A DNA stretch of 64,000 nt from Octopus bimaculoides (Eukaryota). The stretch spans positions 33,599,128-33,663,127 of the forward strand of contig NC_068998.1 in assembly GCF_001194135.2 (NCBI RefSeq), written 5' to 3'. Below the pieces are notes generated by a model. The model was given only the letters and a program-made list of their open reading frames with translations, was not told the DNA's origin and ran no database searches. The number at the start of each line of letters is the position of its first letter. Within the stretch, counting starts at the first letter, position 1. The position numbers and the translations under genes are program-made. Shown in pieces: positions 53,599-64,000 of the stretch.

Positions 53599-54374
53599 GA
53601 GTAACAAAGATGTATAAGAGTCAGTTCATCACAGCCATTTCGAGCAACTCCTTTAATTGATCAATGGAAGCATTACATCATTACAAAGAAAACTGCTCTC
53701 ATCTGATGACCATATAGACCTCAAGCATAAAGGACCAGTATGGCCATAATGAACTGACACTTATACATCTTTGTTACTTGTTTATATTCCACTCATCTAC
53801 CCTGGAGTCTGCACTTCAGAAGTGTTTGGAAAGTATTTTTTATATAAAGTACATGTCTGAACAAACAAGAGTGGATTTATTCACTAAGTTGGATCATGCC
53901 ATCTGCATTAACTGCAAGAATATTGGGGGTGAAATTCTATATAGAGTTTCATACTCAGCTAATATTGCTTGAGTGTGCAAATATGCTGGTTCTAACAGGG
54001 TGCCTCAATTTAAGTACCTAATTCAACTGAATCTAACTTACATTTTATATATATATGTATTGGCTAAGTTGTTCATAAATCAGGAAAAAGCACACTCTAA
54101 AAGCAATTTTGAGCAGTTATGCTTTTATGTAGTTGAGTAGTATATCTTTGGTTATGGCAATAATTGTCAGAAAGTTACCATTGGTTTCATGTTTATTATT
54201 GCACTGAGCAATACAGATGACTTATCAGACATGCTGGCCAGAAGCACATAGTATTTTAACTGAAGTAAACAAAGTCAGAATGGACAATCTCCTTTTGTTT
54301 CCTTCTCTTGCTTCCAGCAATGGCAAAAGTGGTTCAGCTGCCTGTGTAAGCTTTTTTACCATTCTCTAGTCTGC

Positions 54375-54455
54375 AGAAGCAACTCTATATGGAAATCACT
54401 CAGGTCATGCTGGACTGTGTTAACCATGACCCAGACTTCACGAAGACCATCTTTT
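54375..54455 (+). pseudogene. Short mariner (DD34D-like) transposase remnant
   Basis: QKQLYMEITQVMLDCVNHDPDFTKTI resembles the segment just before the mariner ITGDE motif. Confidence 0.45.
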
Positions 54456-54479
54456 CTTTTCTTGCCAGCTGTAATTTCG

Positions 54480-55385
54480 ATTATCCCCACGTGGTAAGCT
54501 GTAAGATATATAAGAAATTTAAAAAATGGAGAATACACACACTTTACATAGTTTTAATATAATTTTTAATATATCGACCGGTTTCGCTTCCGCTATTCAT
54601 GATATTATGGTTTACTCATATGAATATGTATTTTCTTAAGAAGAAATTTTTGTCCATGTTGTGTGTGATGATATTTACGAGTGAATGGCTTCACAAGTAG
54701 AAGAATAAGAGGAGGTGATTAGTTATCGTTATTATTGTTGTTGTGGGCAAGGGAGATAACTGTTCAGCTTTCGGTAAGGGGAGGGGAATATATATGTGTA
54801 CACAAAAGTGCAAAGAGTGATGTAATCGTAAATTGAAATATGTAAGAAGATAAAAGTATTTATGCGTGCATATTAAGATGTGTTCTGTATTTTTCAATGA
54901 AAAAGTTTCTTTATTTAAACGTTCTTGTGGAGAGATTGTGTCTTTGCTCTGATAGAAGGGGAAGACTGTGAAATTTAGTTTGATGTTATCTGCACATTTT
55001 TCTATATGTTCACTGAGAGGAATTTGCCTGTATTGCGGGAAACGGATTTGCTCTTTATGTAGAGTGGTTCTTCTTCTCAAGGTCAAACTCGTCTGTCCAA
55101 TATAGTTATGTCCGCAACCTGAGCAGGTTATTACATAAATTAGGTTCTCAGAGGCAGAAGTGAAACTAGTTTTAATTGTGAACCTCTGTCCTGGTTTGAA
55201 AAGGAAATCTGAGCCTTCAAGTAAGTTGGGGCAGGTTCCACAGTTTGAGCATCCACATTTTTTAACTGTTGGTTTCGTGGTTGTTTTGTAGAGCTTCGCA
55301 TTTGTTAGTAGTCTCTTTAGCGATTTGTGTTGCTTTTTGCATTTGATGATTTTGTGCGTTTTCAGGATATCGTTCATTTTTGGAT
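54480..55385 (-). mobile_element. 5'-truncated Penelope-like element: GIY-YIG endonuclease plus 3' terminal repeat with hammerhead
   Basis: KCGCSNCGTCP...SENLIYVITCSGCGHNYIGQTSLTLRRRTTLH. A 1-nt frameshift near 54900 restores KETF(F)IEKYRTHLN, with the native stop at about 54860. Hammerhead-like motif at 54571-54606. Confidence 0.9.
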
Positions 55386-55425
55386 CTCTAGTTATTAAAA
55401 TCTTCCTTTACTAAAAAAATTATTA

Positions 55426-55473
55426 ACAACCTTAATTGATTTTCAAACCATATTGGGTTCTCATCAGAGGTGT
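55426..55473 (-). ncRNA. Minimal type I hammerhead ribozyme (PLE-type), near intact
   Basis: ACACCU-CUGAUGA-GAACC-CAAUAU-GGUUU-GAAA-A-UCAA-U-UA/AGGUUGU: complete core, 5-bp stem II, short stem III, stem I of 4 bp + bulge + 2 bp. Confidence 0.65.
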
Positions 55474-55689
55474 CCGCACCATTCTGACAGTCTCCAGAGA
55501 AACAATCAGCCAATCTGTTTATATACTCAACAAATGCAGCAGTTACTCTATGAAGGAATTCCTGACTTGCATACCGAAACTGTTTAACACTCTATAAATA
55601 CACTAAGGGGATCTTAGTTCACACCGTATCAAGGTATGATAAAATAGATATGTAACATATAGTATAATATAATGAATTTTGAGCAAGGA

Positions 55690-55830
55690 ATTGTGAATGA
55701 AAAGAGTTGCAGCAAAATTTGTGCTTCACTTGCTGATGGAAAATCAAAAACAGTCACTGCTGAATGCATGTCATGAACTGAGAGAACAGTTGGAATTTGA
55801 TCTCCACCTTTTTTCGAAGGTCATCTCTAA
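55690..55830 (+). pseudogene. Mariner (DD34D) transposase fragment
   Basis: MKRVAAKFVLHLLMENQKQSLLNACHELREQLEFDLHLFSKVI matches the mariner RVAAKFVP(R)LL...C...DP.F..KVITGDE region. Confidence 0.75.
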
Positions 55831-56789
55831 CCTTGTGCATATGGCTGAAAATAAATCATTAAATTTTCAAAAATCCTCACAAGTTTTATATAAATATATC
55901 TAGAAGTGGCATATATAACTATCTGTTTTAAATGAAACCTTCTTTGATATTTGATTAGGAATGATGTATTCTACTCTAAAACCAGTAACTCATCTTATAT
56001 TACTAATGACTTGTTACTGTCATGATAAGACTGAAACTCTACAGAGATTCTACTTGTGCTTTTATAACAGGAATGTTTGGAATGGTAATCAGCTAAATAG
56101 GAAAGAAGTCCTTCTTTCGCTTGTAAATAAAATGAACGATTTAAGATGGAATTATTTTAACAGAAATGAAAAGAAAACTTTTGGTTGCCAACTGCACTGG
56201 CATAAGTGCAACACTTATTACAAAAAGCTTTGTATTGTATACTTAAGTAAAGCATTTATCTGCTTCCCCTATTTTACCTGGTCATTCTTTTTTTTCATTA
56301 ACATTTGGGATGGTATGTAGCTGTAAAAATTACTGCTCAATTAAAATTCTCTCCTCTATGCAAACACAAGATGATGAAAAGCTAATTTTAGTTATGACTT
56401 GTTTATATGTACGTTGGGATACTAGTTTCAGTGTTTGATTACATAACTGTTTCCATTTTCCCTTTATGTATAAATTGATTCAATAATCAATCAGTAAATG
56501 GACTGAATCTGAACATGTATTTTTTTCTTTACAATTGTTGTCTCCATTTTCTCATACACACCGTGTCTTCTCTCTTAATTACTTTTTCTCTTTGTCTACA
56601 GTAAAACTGAACCTCTACCTCAAAGACAACTTAAAGTACCTTCCTCTCCCTCTTTTCATTACTCAAAGTTTGCAAATTTTTCTGGTCCTATTTCCCCACA
56701 AATCCACCTTTCATGGATTTCCATCTTATTCACATTTTACTGTCAGTATCAAGGTGTTCTTAATGATCATTAGCAACAGATAAACTCAC

Positions 56790-56813
56790 CTTGAATTTTT
56801 CCTTCTCTTCTTT
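56790..56813 (-). CDS. Candidate 24-nt microexon of an unidentified host gene (KEEKEKFK in phase 0)
   Basis: Minus strand: GTTTCTTTCATTTTTACTTCTTCAG | AAAGAAGAGAAGGAAAAATTCAAG | GTGAGT. Strong acceptor, consensus donor, length divisible by 3, no stop in any frame. Confidence 0.4.
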
Positions 56814-58896
56814 CTGAAGAAGTAAAAATGAAAGAAACAGCTATATATCGATTATCATCCAGTTAAGCATAATGCTTGGATTTTCCTCAAGTTGACTCTG
56901 CTTGATCAACTGTATAAGCAATTAATAACTAATCTTTAATTTATTAATAGTAACTACTTATTAGTGATAGTAATCTATTGCTAATAGTAATAAATTGACA
57001 GAAAGTAAATTAGAATAAAGTCTAACTCAAAGATGTAGTCCTTCAGACTATAACTACTCAGGATTATGTAGTGATAGAAATTCACATGTTTTTCAGACTT
57101 GTGGTTGATATTGCATGTATTCTAATACATTTTCTTAGGTATTCATTGCTTGTAAATCTTATCAAAATGTTGTTGACAAGAATCAAGCTAGAGAATATAA
57201 ATAACTACTAGATATTCAGGGCAGAAACTTGATTTAGCTTTAAGCTAATATACTGACTTTAGCTGTTTCTGTTGCTGCTACTGTCAAACACAATTTACTC
57301 GATAAAATATAGAAGTGTAACTATATCGCCAGTTCAAGTTAGCTCAATCTAACAAGCCTTAGGTCTTATTAACCTTATTTGCCTTTATTTTCTGAAAGTG
57401 AGAGAGAGCTTCAAATCATGGTGTATGGATTTCATTAATTTCTCTCTTCCATTATCACCATCTTTCCATCATGGTTTCAGTGTATATTTGGGAATATTCA
57501 ATGGCTAAGTTACTTGCTAGATTTGCCAGAACAAGTTAGAACAATGGAATTACTGTATTCAAATGATGAATCAAATGATATTATCTAAAGAGGTAATGAA
57601 TAAAAGGTGGTGTATAAGGTGATATATGTGAAGTGTCTTAGAGAGCAAAGTTCACTATTCATCGAGCAAACTTTATCATATTTATTGAGGATTAATGTAA
57701 TGAAATGTTGAATTACAATTAAATAAAAATGACAAGAATAGATTATATAATATGTAAGCTTTAAATAGTGTATAAATATAGAATGCTATAGAAGAACTAG
57801 CATTATCAATATCAAAATTGCAACTATTAACCTGCAAAATTAGAAATTAAGTGAAGGTATCTTTCAATAACTCTAGCAGTTTCAGAAATATTGATTAAAT
57901 ATGCATGTTGCCTCATTGGATTCAAACAGAATTGTGAGCTAAAAACATAAATACTTTTTAACTTATTTCCCTTAAAATGCATCCATTTTCCCATTAAAAT
58001 GGATGCATTTGAACAAACAGAAAAAATGGTGTTTCTCTGTTATTGCTAACTGTACAAGAAATAATACACTTATCTTATAATCACTCACTACTATCTATAA
58101 TAAAGGTACTAATGACTTTCTCATGGTAAAAGTAACAATTTATGACAGAAGTGTTGAACCAATGTGAAATCCAAATGTAGTAATTTGATTTGATTGAAAT
58201 AGCAAATAAATCTCCCTCAGATTACAACCTGCTACATATAAGGATGAACACATTAAGTAATATAATCTTACATATGTTTAAAAAGACACAGTGATCATAG
58301 CTGGAAGCTGGGTGGCTACATGTCTACTCTCTGAATGTTGAACTGGAGTTAAGCACAACAGTATAGACCATCTAGATCATGTGGAAATAAAGTGCAATAT
58401 ATTCATCCCTATTAAAATTGATAAAGTCACTTCGTTGCTTCTCACCTCTGATACAATTACAACAAGACCCTACATGAGCCAGGTGAGAACATCTGTGTGC
58501 TTTCTGAAGCTGCTAGAAGCATCATCCAAATCTCATCTGAAGAAAGAGCAGGATGTGATCTGAAGGAAATTTGGTTGATGTTTCAAACTGGTTAGGTGAC
58601 CACAGAGGTTTTTGTTTGGCTTGATATTTCCATGTTGTTACTTTTGCCGGTGGAGAAGTTATAAGTAACTTGGTTTTAGTTAGTAGTGTGGGATCTGAAG
58701 AAAATTTGGCTGTTATTTCAAGTATGTTAAGCAATCACATGGAGACATTCATCATTGTAAATAAAGGACACATTAGGCAACATAGTTCTTAATAAACATA
58801 AAAATACAAGATGACTGGTAATTATGATAGGAACAACTATGAGCATAAGCTCAAGCAGGAATGATGTAAGGCATAACAATAACAGTATACACAGGA

Positions 58897-59108
58897 AGGC
58901 AGCAAGCTAGCAGAAATGTTAGCACACTGGACGAAATGCTTAATGGTATTTTGTCTGTCTTTATGTTCTGAGTTCAAATTCCACCAAGGTTGACTTTGCC
59001 TTTCATCCTTTCAGGGTCGATAAATTAAGTACCAGTTGCGTACTGGGGTTGATCTAATCAACTAGCCCCCTCCCCCAAAATTTCGGGCCTTGTGCCTAGA
59101 CTAGAAAA
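58897..59108 (+). mobile_element. Meta-domain-like tRNA-headed SINE, full length
   Basis: Box A-like TAGCAGAAATG, box B GAGTTCAAATTCC, core GCCTTTCATCCTTTCAGGGTCGATAAATTAAGTACCAG. The domain name is from memory and not verified. Confidence 0.75.
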
Positions 59109-60081
59109 GTGTATACACAGGAACTAGCTGGAGAGTGGGAAAAAATGTAACATAATACGCTGCTTTATCTGTATTAAATGCCATAACCACTGAATGTTGG
59201 AATCTTGATTCTCATCCTGGTGAGGATGGAATATCTTGGAAAACTAGGTTACTCAATCATGGGTGGATAGGAGCTGTCCAACAATAATAACAAATAAAAA
59301 TAGCTGAATTTAATTATTTATCTTTTCTTTTTTTTCAGACATAGTGTACATAAGTAGTGCATTAATAGATGCTGCAGAGGAAATGTCTTGCAGTAGTTAT
59401 TCTGAATCTTAGTGTTCAGAGTTTAAATCCTATCAGAGTCAAATTTGTTCTTCCATCTTTTATTGGTCAATAAGTAAAGTACTATTCTATGGCAGAAAGC
59501 TAGTAGAACAATTACAGTGCCAAATGATTTAAAGTATTTCTTTCAGCTCAGCTCTTTGAATTTTGAGTTCAAATTCCACTGCTGCCTACTAGTCATTAAG
59601 AAGAGGATTTGAAACTTCTATAATTATGCATAGACAGTATAGAGTGATCCAGGATATTCAAGATGCTGAGGGCAAATAATATTTGATGATGATGATGTAT
59701 CTAGGTCCAATTTATCCAATGTGTCTCTTTTTTTTCTTAAACTGTAGGGTGTGATTTCAAGAAAATTTGACTTATTTCCAACAATGCTAAAGATAATGTC
59801 TCCATTATTGATTCATGTAAATTCTAATTCATTGGCTTGAAAACTAAGCAGTTATAATTGTAGACAGAATCAAAGATAATAAGAACTGTAACTGCTTACC
59901 AACCTGCTCATAGTTGCCTGAGAATTAAAATGGTGAATGATACTAACCTGTCCAAATCTGGCCATAATAACCTGGTCATATTTGAATGAGAATTTCAGTG
60001 CAAATCTCATTAGTACATTTGCAAAAACGCATGGCTTCATTTTGTAAAGAATTGAGTATCAGAGTCCGACATTATTTTACA

Positions 60082-60356
60082 CTAGCTGGCACCGTGCTGT
60101 CAAAAATGATGGCCAATTGCAGTATTTTATACATATAAATATGGATGGTAAATCAAATTAATACACTTGTCAATGTCATCTAGTGGTTGAATTTTTAGAT
60201 GTGACATTGATCATCGTTTGCTACTGAAAGAACGCTGGTTCACATACAAACACTCACATACTTCCCTTGTACACACACATACACACAGAGTTGAAATGCT
60301 GTTTGATTTTTCTTTTCAGCATTGAATGTTCACCATTCCCCTTCTATTGCACACAC

Positions 60357-60407
<51 letters not shown>

Positions 60408-60653
60408 TTCACATACCTCCTTTTTACATGCACACACATATACTCACTCAGAGTTGAAACACTCCTACTACCAGTTTGCCATCACCCCTTCCTATCTCAT
60501 TCGCGTTGAGTGAGTGGAGATTTTCAACTTGATTTATTTTTCTTTTCTTAAAGGGGAAAATTATTTTATTTAAAATAAAATTTTAATCATTCTCATCTTA
60601 ATCAAAAAGTAGAAAAACAGAGAGACAATTTTTGAGTTTCCATTTTATATAGA
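60082..60653 (-). mobile_element. Short non-autonomous Helitron with both termini
   Basis: 5' A|TCTATATAAAATGG at 60653 and 3' ...GCACGGTGCCAGCTAG|T at 60082; internal (CA)n. Confidence 0.6.
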
Positions 60654-60661
60654 TAGATAGA

Positions 60662-63405
60662 TAAATGCTCATTAAAACAATTTATTGAGCTTCAAAACGA
60701 ATTATAAATTGAAAATTCCCCTCATTACAATATTTTTTTTGTTTTTTTTTCCCCTCCTCCAAGGTAAACTCTGATATTATAACTACTTTTTACTCGACTT
60801 AGTGCTACATACAATTGACTCTGATTGGAAACAGGTTCTTTCAAAAATGAAAGAAGCTTCTTCAAAGTTTGGCCTTGAAATATGTGAATTGTCATGGCAA
60901 ATGACAACAATACCAGGAATTGCTTCCTCAGCAAGAGTACAACATCTTCACTTAAATTCAGCTCTATTCTGAGTATCATTACAACTTCATTAGCAAATAT
61001 TCCAGAATTAACTTTAGCAATGATGATATTCTCATTTAATTATTGTACGATCAATCTGGTTCCATTACAAAGCATTGGTGGATTCAGATTCCTTAGCAAT
61101 ATAATTGGTGAGCCAACTCTCAATTTCAGCCTATGAGGGGGTATACCAGAAAATTCCAGGGAATTCTAAAATTCCAATGGAAAATGTGTGACATTCCCTG
61201 TAGACTGTCAAAAGATCTGTACTTTTTCAGCTCTCCTGGAAATAATTTAATCCATTCTTTATTTATGCCTCTTAAGATATCATTCTTCATGTCTAAAATC
61301 AGATCTTCAAATGATGGGTATATTTCTTTTATGCATTCTTGCAATTCTTTTGAATTACTTATCAAATTTTGTAGAATCTGAATCTCTTCTTTTTCATTCT
61401 TGAGAATTAAATCTCTCCGAACATTAAGAATGGACTGTGAATATTCCTTTTGACCCTCTCTCAATCGCATGTTGTGATGTAATTTAAGTTTTTCAAATTT
61501 TCTCCATAGAGAGGGTTTTTGATGCTTGAATTGACTATATTAACATTTGTTCCTCTCTTAACAAGTGGTAAAAGTTGTCTGAAATCTCAACAACAGATGG
61601 TGATGATTCTGCCAAATGGTTCATCTTTGTTGTAGCTATCTCTTAGTGTTCAGTCAACAGCTTCAAAGCATTCTCTTCTTATGATTGATATTTCATCTCA
61701 AATGTTAAGTTTTGTTTTTCTGATGACATGTGCTAAGTTCGATTTCTCCTCAATATCACCAACCGATTTTTCTTGAATTGAGATTAGAATCTTGAATTTG
61801 GAATGAGCCATCTGTCCACCCAGCATCAATATAGCTGCAATCGCAAGAGCTATTTCACCTTTACCTCTGACATAAGCTAATAAGGTATTTGCGAGGAAAG
61901 TTTTTCCAGTTCCTCCTTGTGCCTCAATGAAAATGAGTGATGAGGAATTCATGTTGAAACGTCCAACAACATGATTATAAATGTTGCTCTTCATTAAGCA
62001 GTGATGTTCTTTCTGCAACAATATTTTGCTACTCATCATTTTTGTAGTTCAAGTCATGCAAAAATTCAGGATTGACTTCAGTTTCTTCAGTACTGTGAGG
62101 AAGTGGTAAATTGAAATCTAGTTTTTTAGAAAAACATTTCAGTTTTTCTTGCACATACTTCAGGGATCCTTCATGATGCCTTTATTGACATAACAGGCAA
62201 AAATCGTTCCTCTGTTGCTGTTCTTTCAAAAAGTCATCTGATACAGAATCTTTGAATTTTTCCCAAAGAGGTAATGCATCTGACAAATCTCCATGTGTGA
62301 GGATCATGATGAATAAGTCCCTCATTTCTTTAAGAAGCCTTGTTATTAGTGCATCCTGCATGATATTAATCCAATACTGATCATCTTCAAGAAGTCCTCT
62401 TTCTTTACATGCTTTCTTAAATTTAGGAAGGATTGTCCCATTGTATGTTCGTAATGCAATGAAACTTCATGTCTACGAACTTCAGGCACTAAAAATTCTT
62501 AAATAATACAGTTCTCCTGCCTTTGGTGTAACGTATTTAACTGATGTCTCTGGGGCAACGATTTCAACATTGCGGTGGCATTTGAATGCTCTTAAAAGAG
62601 TTTCATTATAAGGTACAACTCATTTGTTGCTGATTGTTTTTCTATTCTTATGAGATTCAGCTCCTCCCATTGCAACTTATCTTAGTCTATAAAGAAGATA
62701 AGAATCTTCTCTACAGACAATACTTTGCAAGTATTCTTTGGGAAATCTCTTGGAGCATGATCCATTCTTCCAAAGTTCTTTATTTTCATTCAAATGAACT
62801 TTGATTTTGCTCTAGTCTTTCAACTTTTTGTTCATAAGTTTCATTTAAATGAATGTGTTGTTGTCCCGTTTGATCTTGCTATAGTTTTTCAGCCTTTTCA
62901 TCATAATTTTCATTTAAACGTCAGATTTTTTGTCTTTCCAATCTATGCTGTTTCTGTTTTAATTGCCCTCCTTTTTGATTCAGACATCTTTCTCTGTTTA
63001 GCTGATACCTCTCCCTTTCTCTGATCCTTTTGACCTCATGTGTCAGAAGGCTCGAACCAGGCCTTTTTGGTGGCATCTGGGGAAAATATTCTTTAAGAAT
63101 TCTTATAAAAAATATCTCATAAAAATATAGGGAGAATTTCTGTCTTTCAGTCCATGGTGCTCCGGAATTGCATAAATGATTAAAGGAAGAAGTAAAAAGT
63201 GAGGTAAAAGGCTGGATGGTGATAACGTAGTAACTGCAACGACTCTTTGAAGTGTCACTGCCACAAATCGACTTTTTCAACTCGATTTTTTTTTTTTTCT
63301 CAAAGGGGGAAATGACTATTTCGTTTGTAATCTTTATCATCTTAATCAAAGAGCAGGAAAACAGACAGGCAAGCTTTGAATTTTAGTATAATATAGATAA
63401 ATAGA
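60662..63405 (-). mobile_element. Internally deleted Helitron (RepHel pseudogene with Pif1-type helicase)
   Basis: 5' A|TCTAT end and basic N-terminal repeats; PYNETLLRAFKCHRNVEIV, KACKERGLLEDD, Walker A GGTGKTFLANTLLAYVRG, SFAMTIHIFQGQTL and QLYVALSRV. Most of the Rep domain is missing and there are many frameshifts. Confidence 0.92.
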
Positions 63406-64000
63406 TTAGACCTAATCATAGTCAGTGCAAGGAAATGAAACCATTAAATTAGGCCTGGTTGAAAGTACAACCTTCCCAAGTTCATTTACAAGACTTAGAA
63501 CTGAAGGACCACTGCAATAGGTGTGAATCTGAGAGGGGATACATAGAATAAAGTCATAAATGACTGATCCTCCTGTATTTCCTTTTACCCAAAGTCAGGA
63601 ACTTTTCAGCATCCCTCGTGTGTGTGTGTGTGCGTGTGTGTGTGCATGCATGTGTGTGTGTGTGCGCGTGCGTGTGTGTGCATGCGTGCGTGCGTGTGTG
63701 TGTGTGCGTAGAAGGTTGAAAAGTAACACATGAGTTGATATGTATAAGGAAAATAAGACAAGGTAGAAAATACTAAAATAATTTTATCATGAAATACATT
63801 TTGTAAAGGTTAGTTCCTGTTTCAGTCTTTTTGACTTTTTTAACTAAGAGTAAAACAAGAAAAACAATTAAATTGAAGAAAAAATTAAATGAAATGTTTT
63901 GGAAATATTTCCATAGTCTTCAAATAGGTAGGACATTTTCTTCCATTAATTGTTTTTCTTGTTTTTCTCTTAGTTGAAAAGACTGAAATCGACACTGACC

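Noticed and set aside
53640-53730. CTGATGA and TTTCGAGC half motifs
   Set aside because: They are on incompatible strands and lack complementary stems, so no hammerhead can be drawn.
54318-54345. Plus-strand mini-exon candidate (TTCCAG|...|GTAAGC, 28 nt)
   Set aside because: Not a multiple of 3, wedged against mariner and PLE debris, and has no supporting neighbouring exon.
57480-57592. Acceptor-like site with 35 open codons (CIFGNIQWLSYLLDLPEQ...)
   Set aside because: Stop just before the putative donor and no recognised domain.
58400-58740. Coding-looking stretch, possible LINE remnant
   Set aside because: No motif could be assigned with confidence by eye.
59340-59413. Plus-strand acceptor followed by DIVYISSALIDAAEEMSCSSYSES-stop
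   Set aside because: Strong pyrimidine tract but no donor, no recognisable homology, and SINE debris follows; chance is plausible.

Overview
AT-rich, repeat-saturated metazoan DNA with five assembly gaps next to microsatellites. The SINE families suggest octopus or another cephalopod; this is an inference from memory of those repeats and was not searched. No host protein-coding gene can be named. The only good host-gene signal is a candidate 24-nt microexon on the minus strand (56790-56813). The window is a patchwork of decayed mobile elements: two DD37D (maT) derivatives, two Tc1 DD34E elements (one with IR-DR ends), mariner, MULE and piggyBac-type remnants, two RTE-clade LINE fragments, an L2-like remnant, a Helitron complex, many tRNA-headed SINEs, and several Penelope-like element (PLE) fragments with GIY-YIG domains. 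The most striking unannotated signal is about ten minimal hammerhead-ribozyme-like motifs from several distinct families. One sits in a head-to-head palindrome of tRNA-like Pol III promoters (25091-25430), a candidate PLE-mobilised, ribozyme-carrying SINE. All structure and alignment statements were made by eye; element boundaries are approximate unless TIRs or TSDs are quoted.
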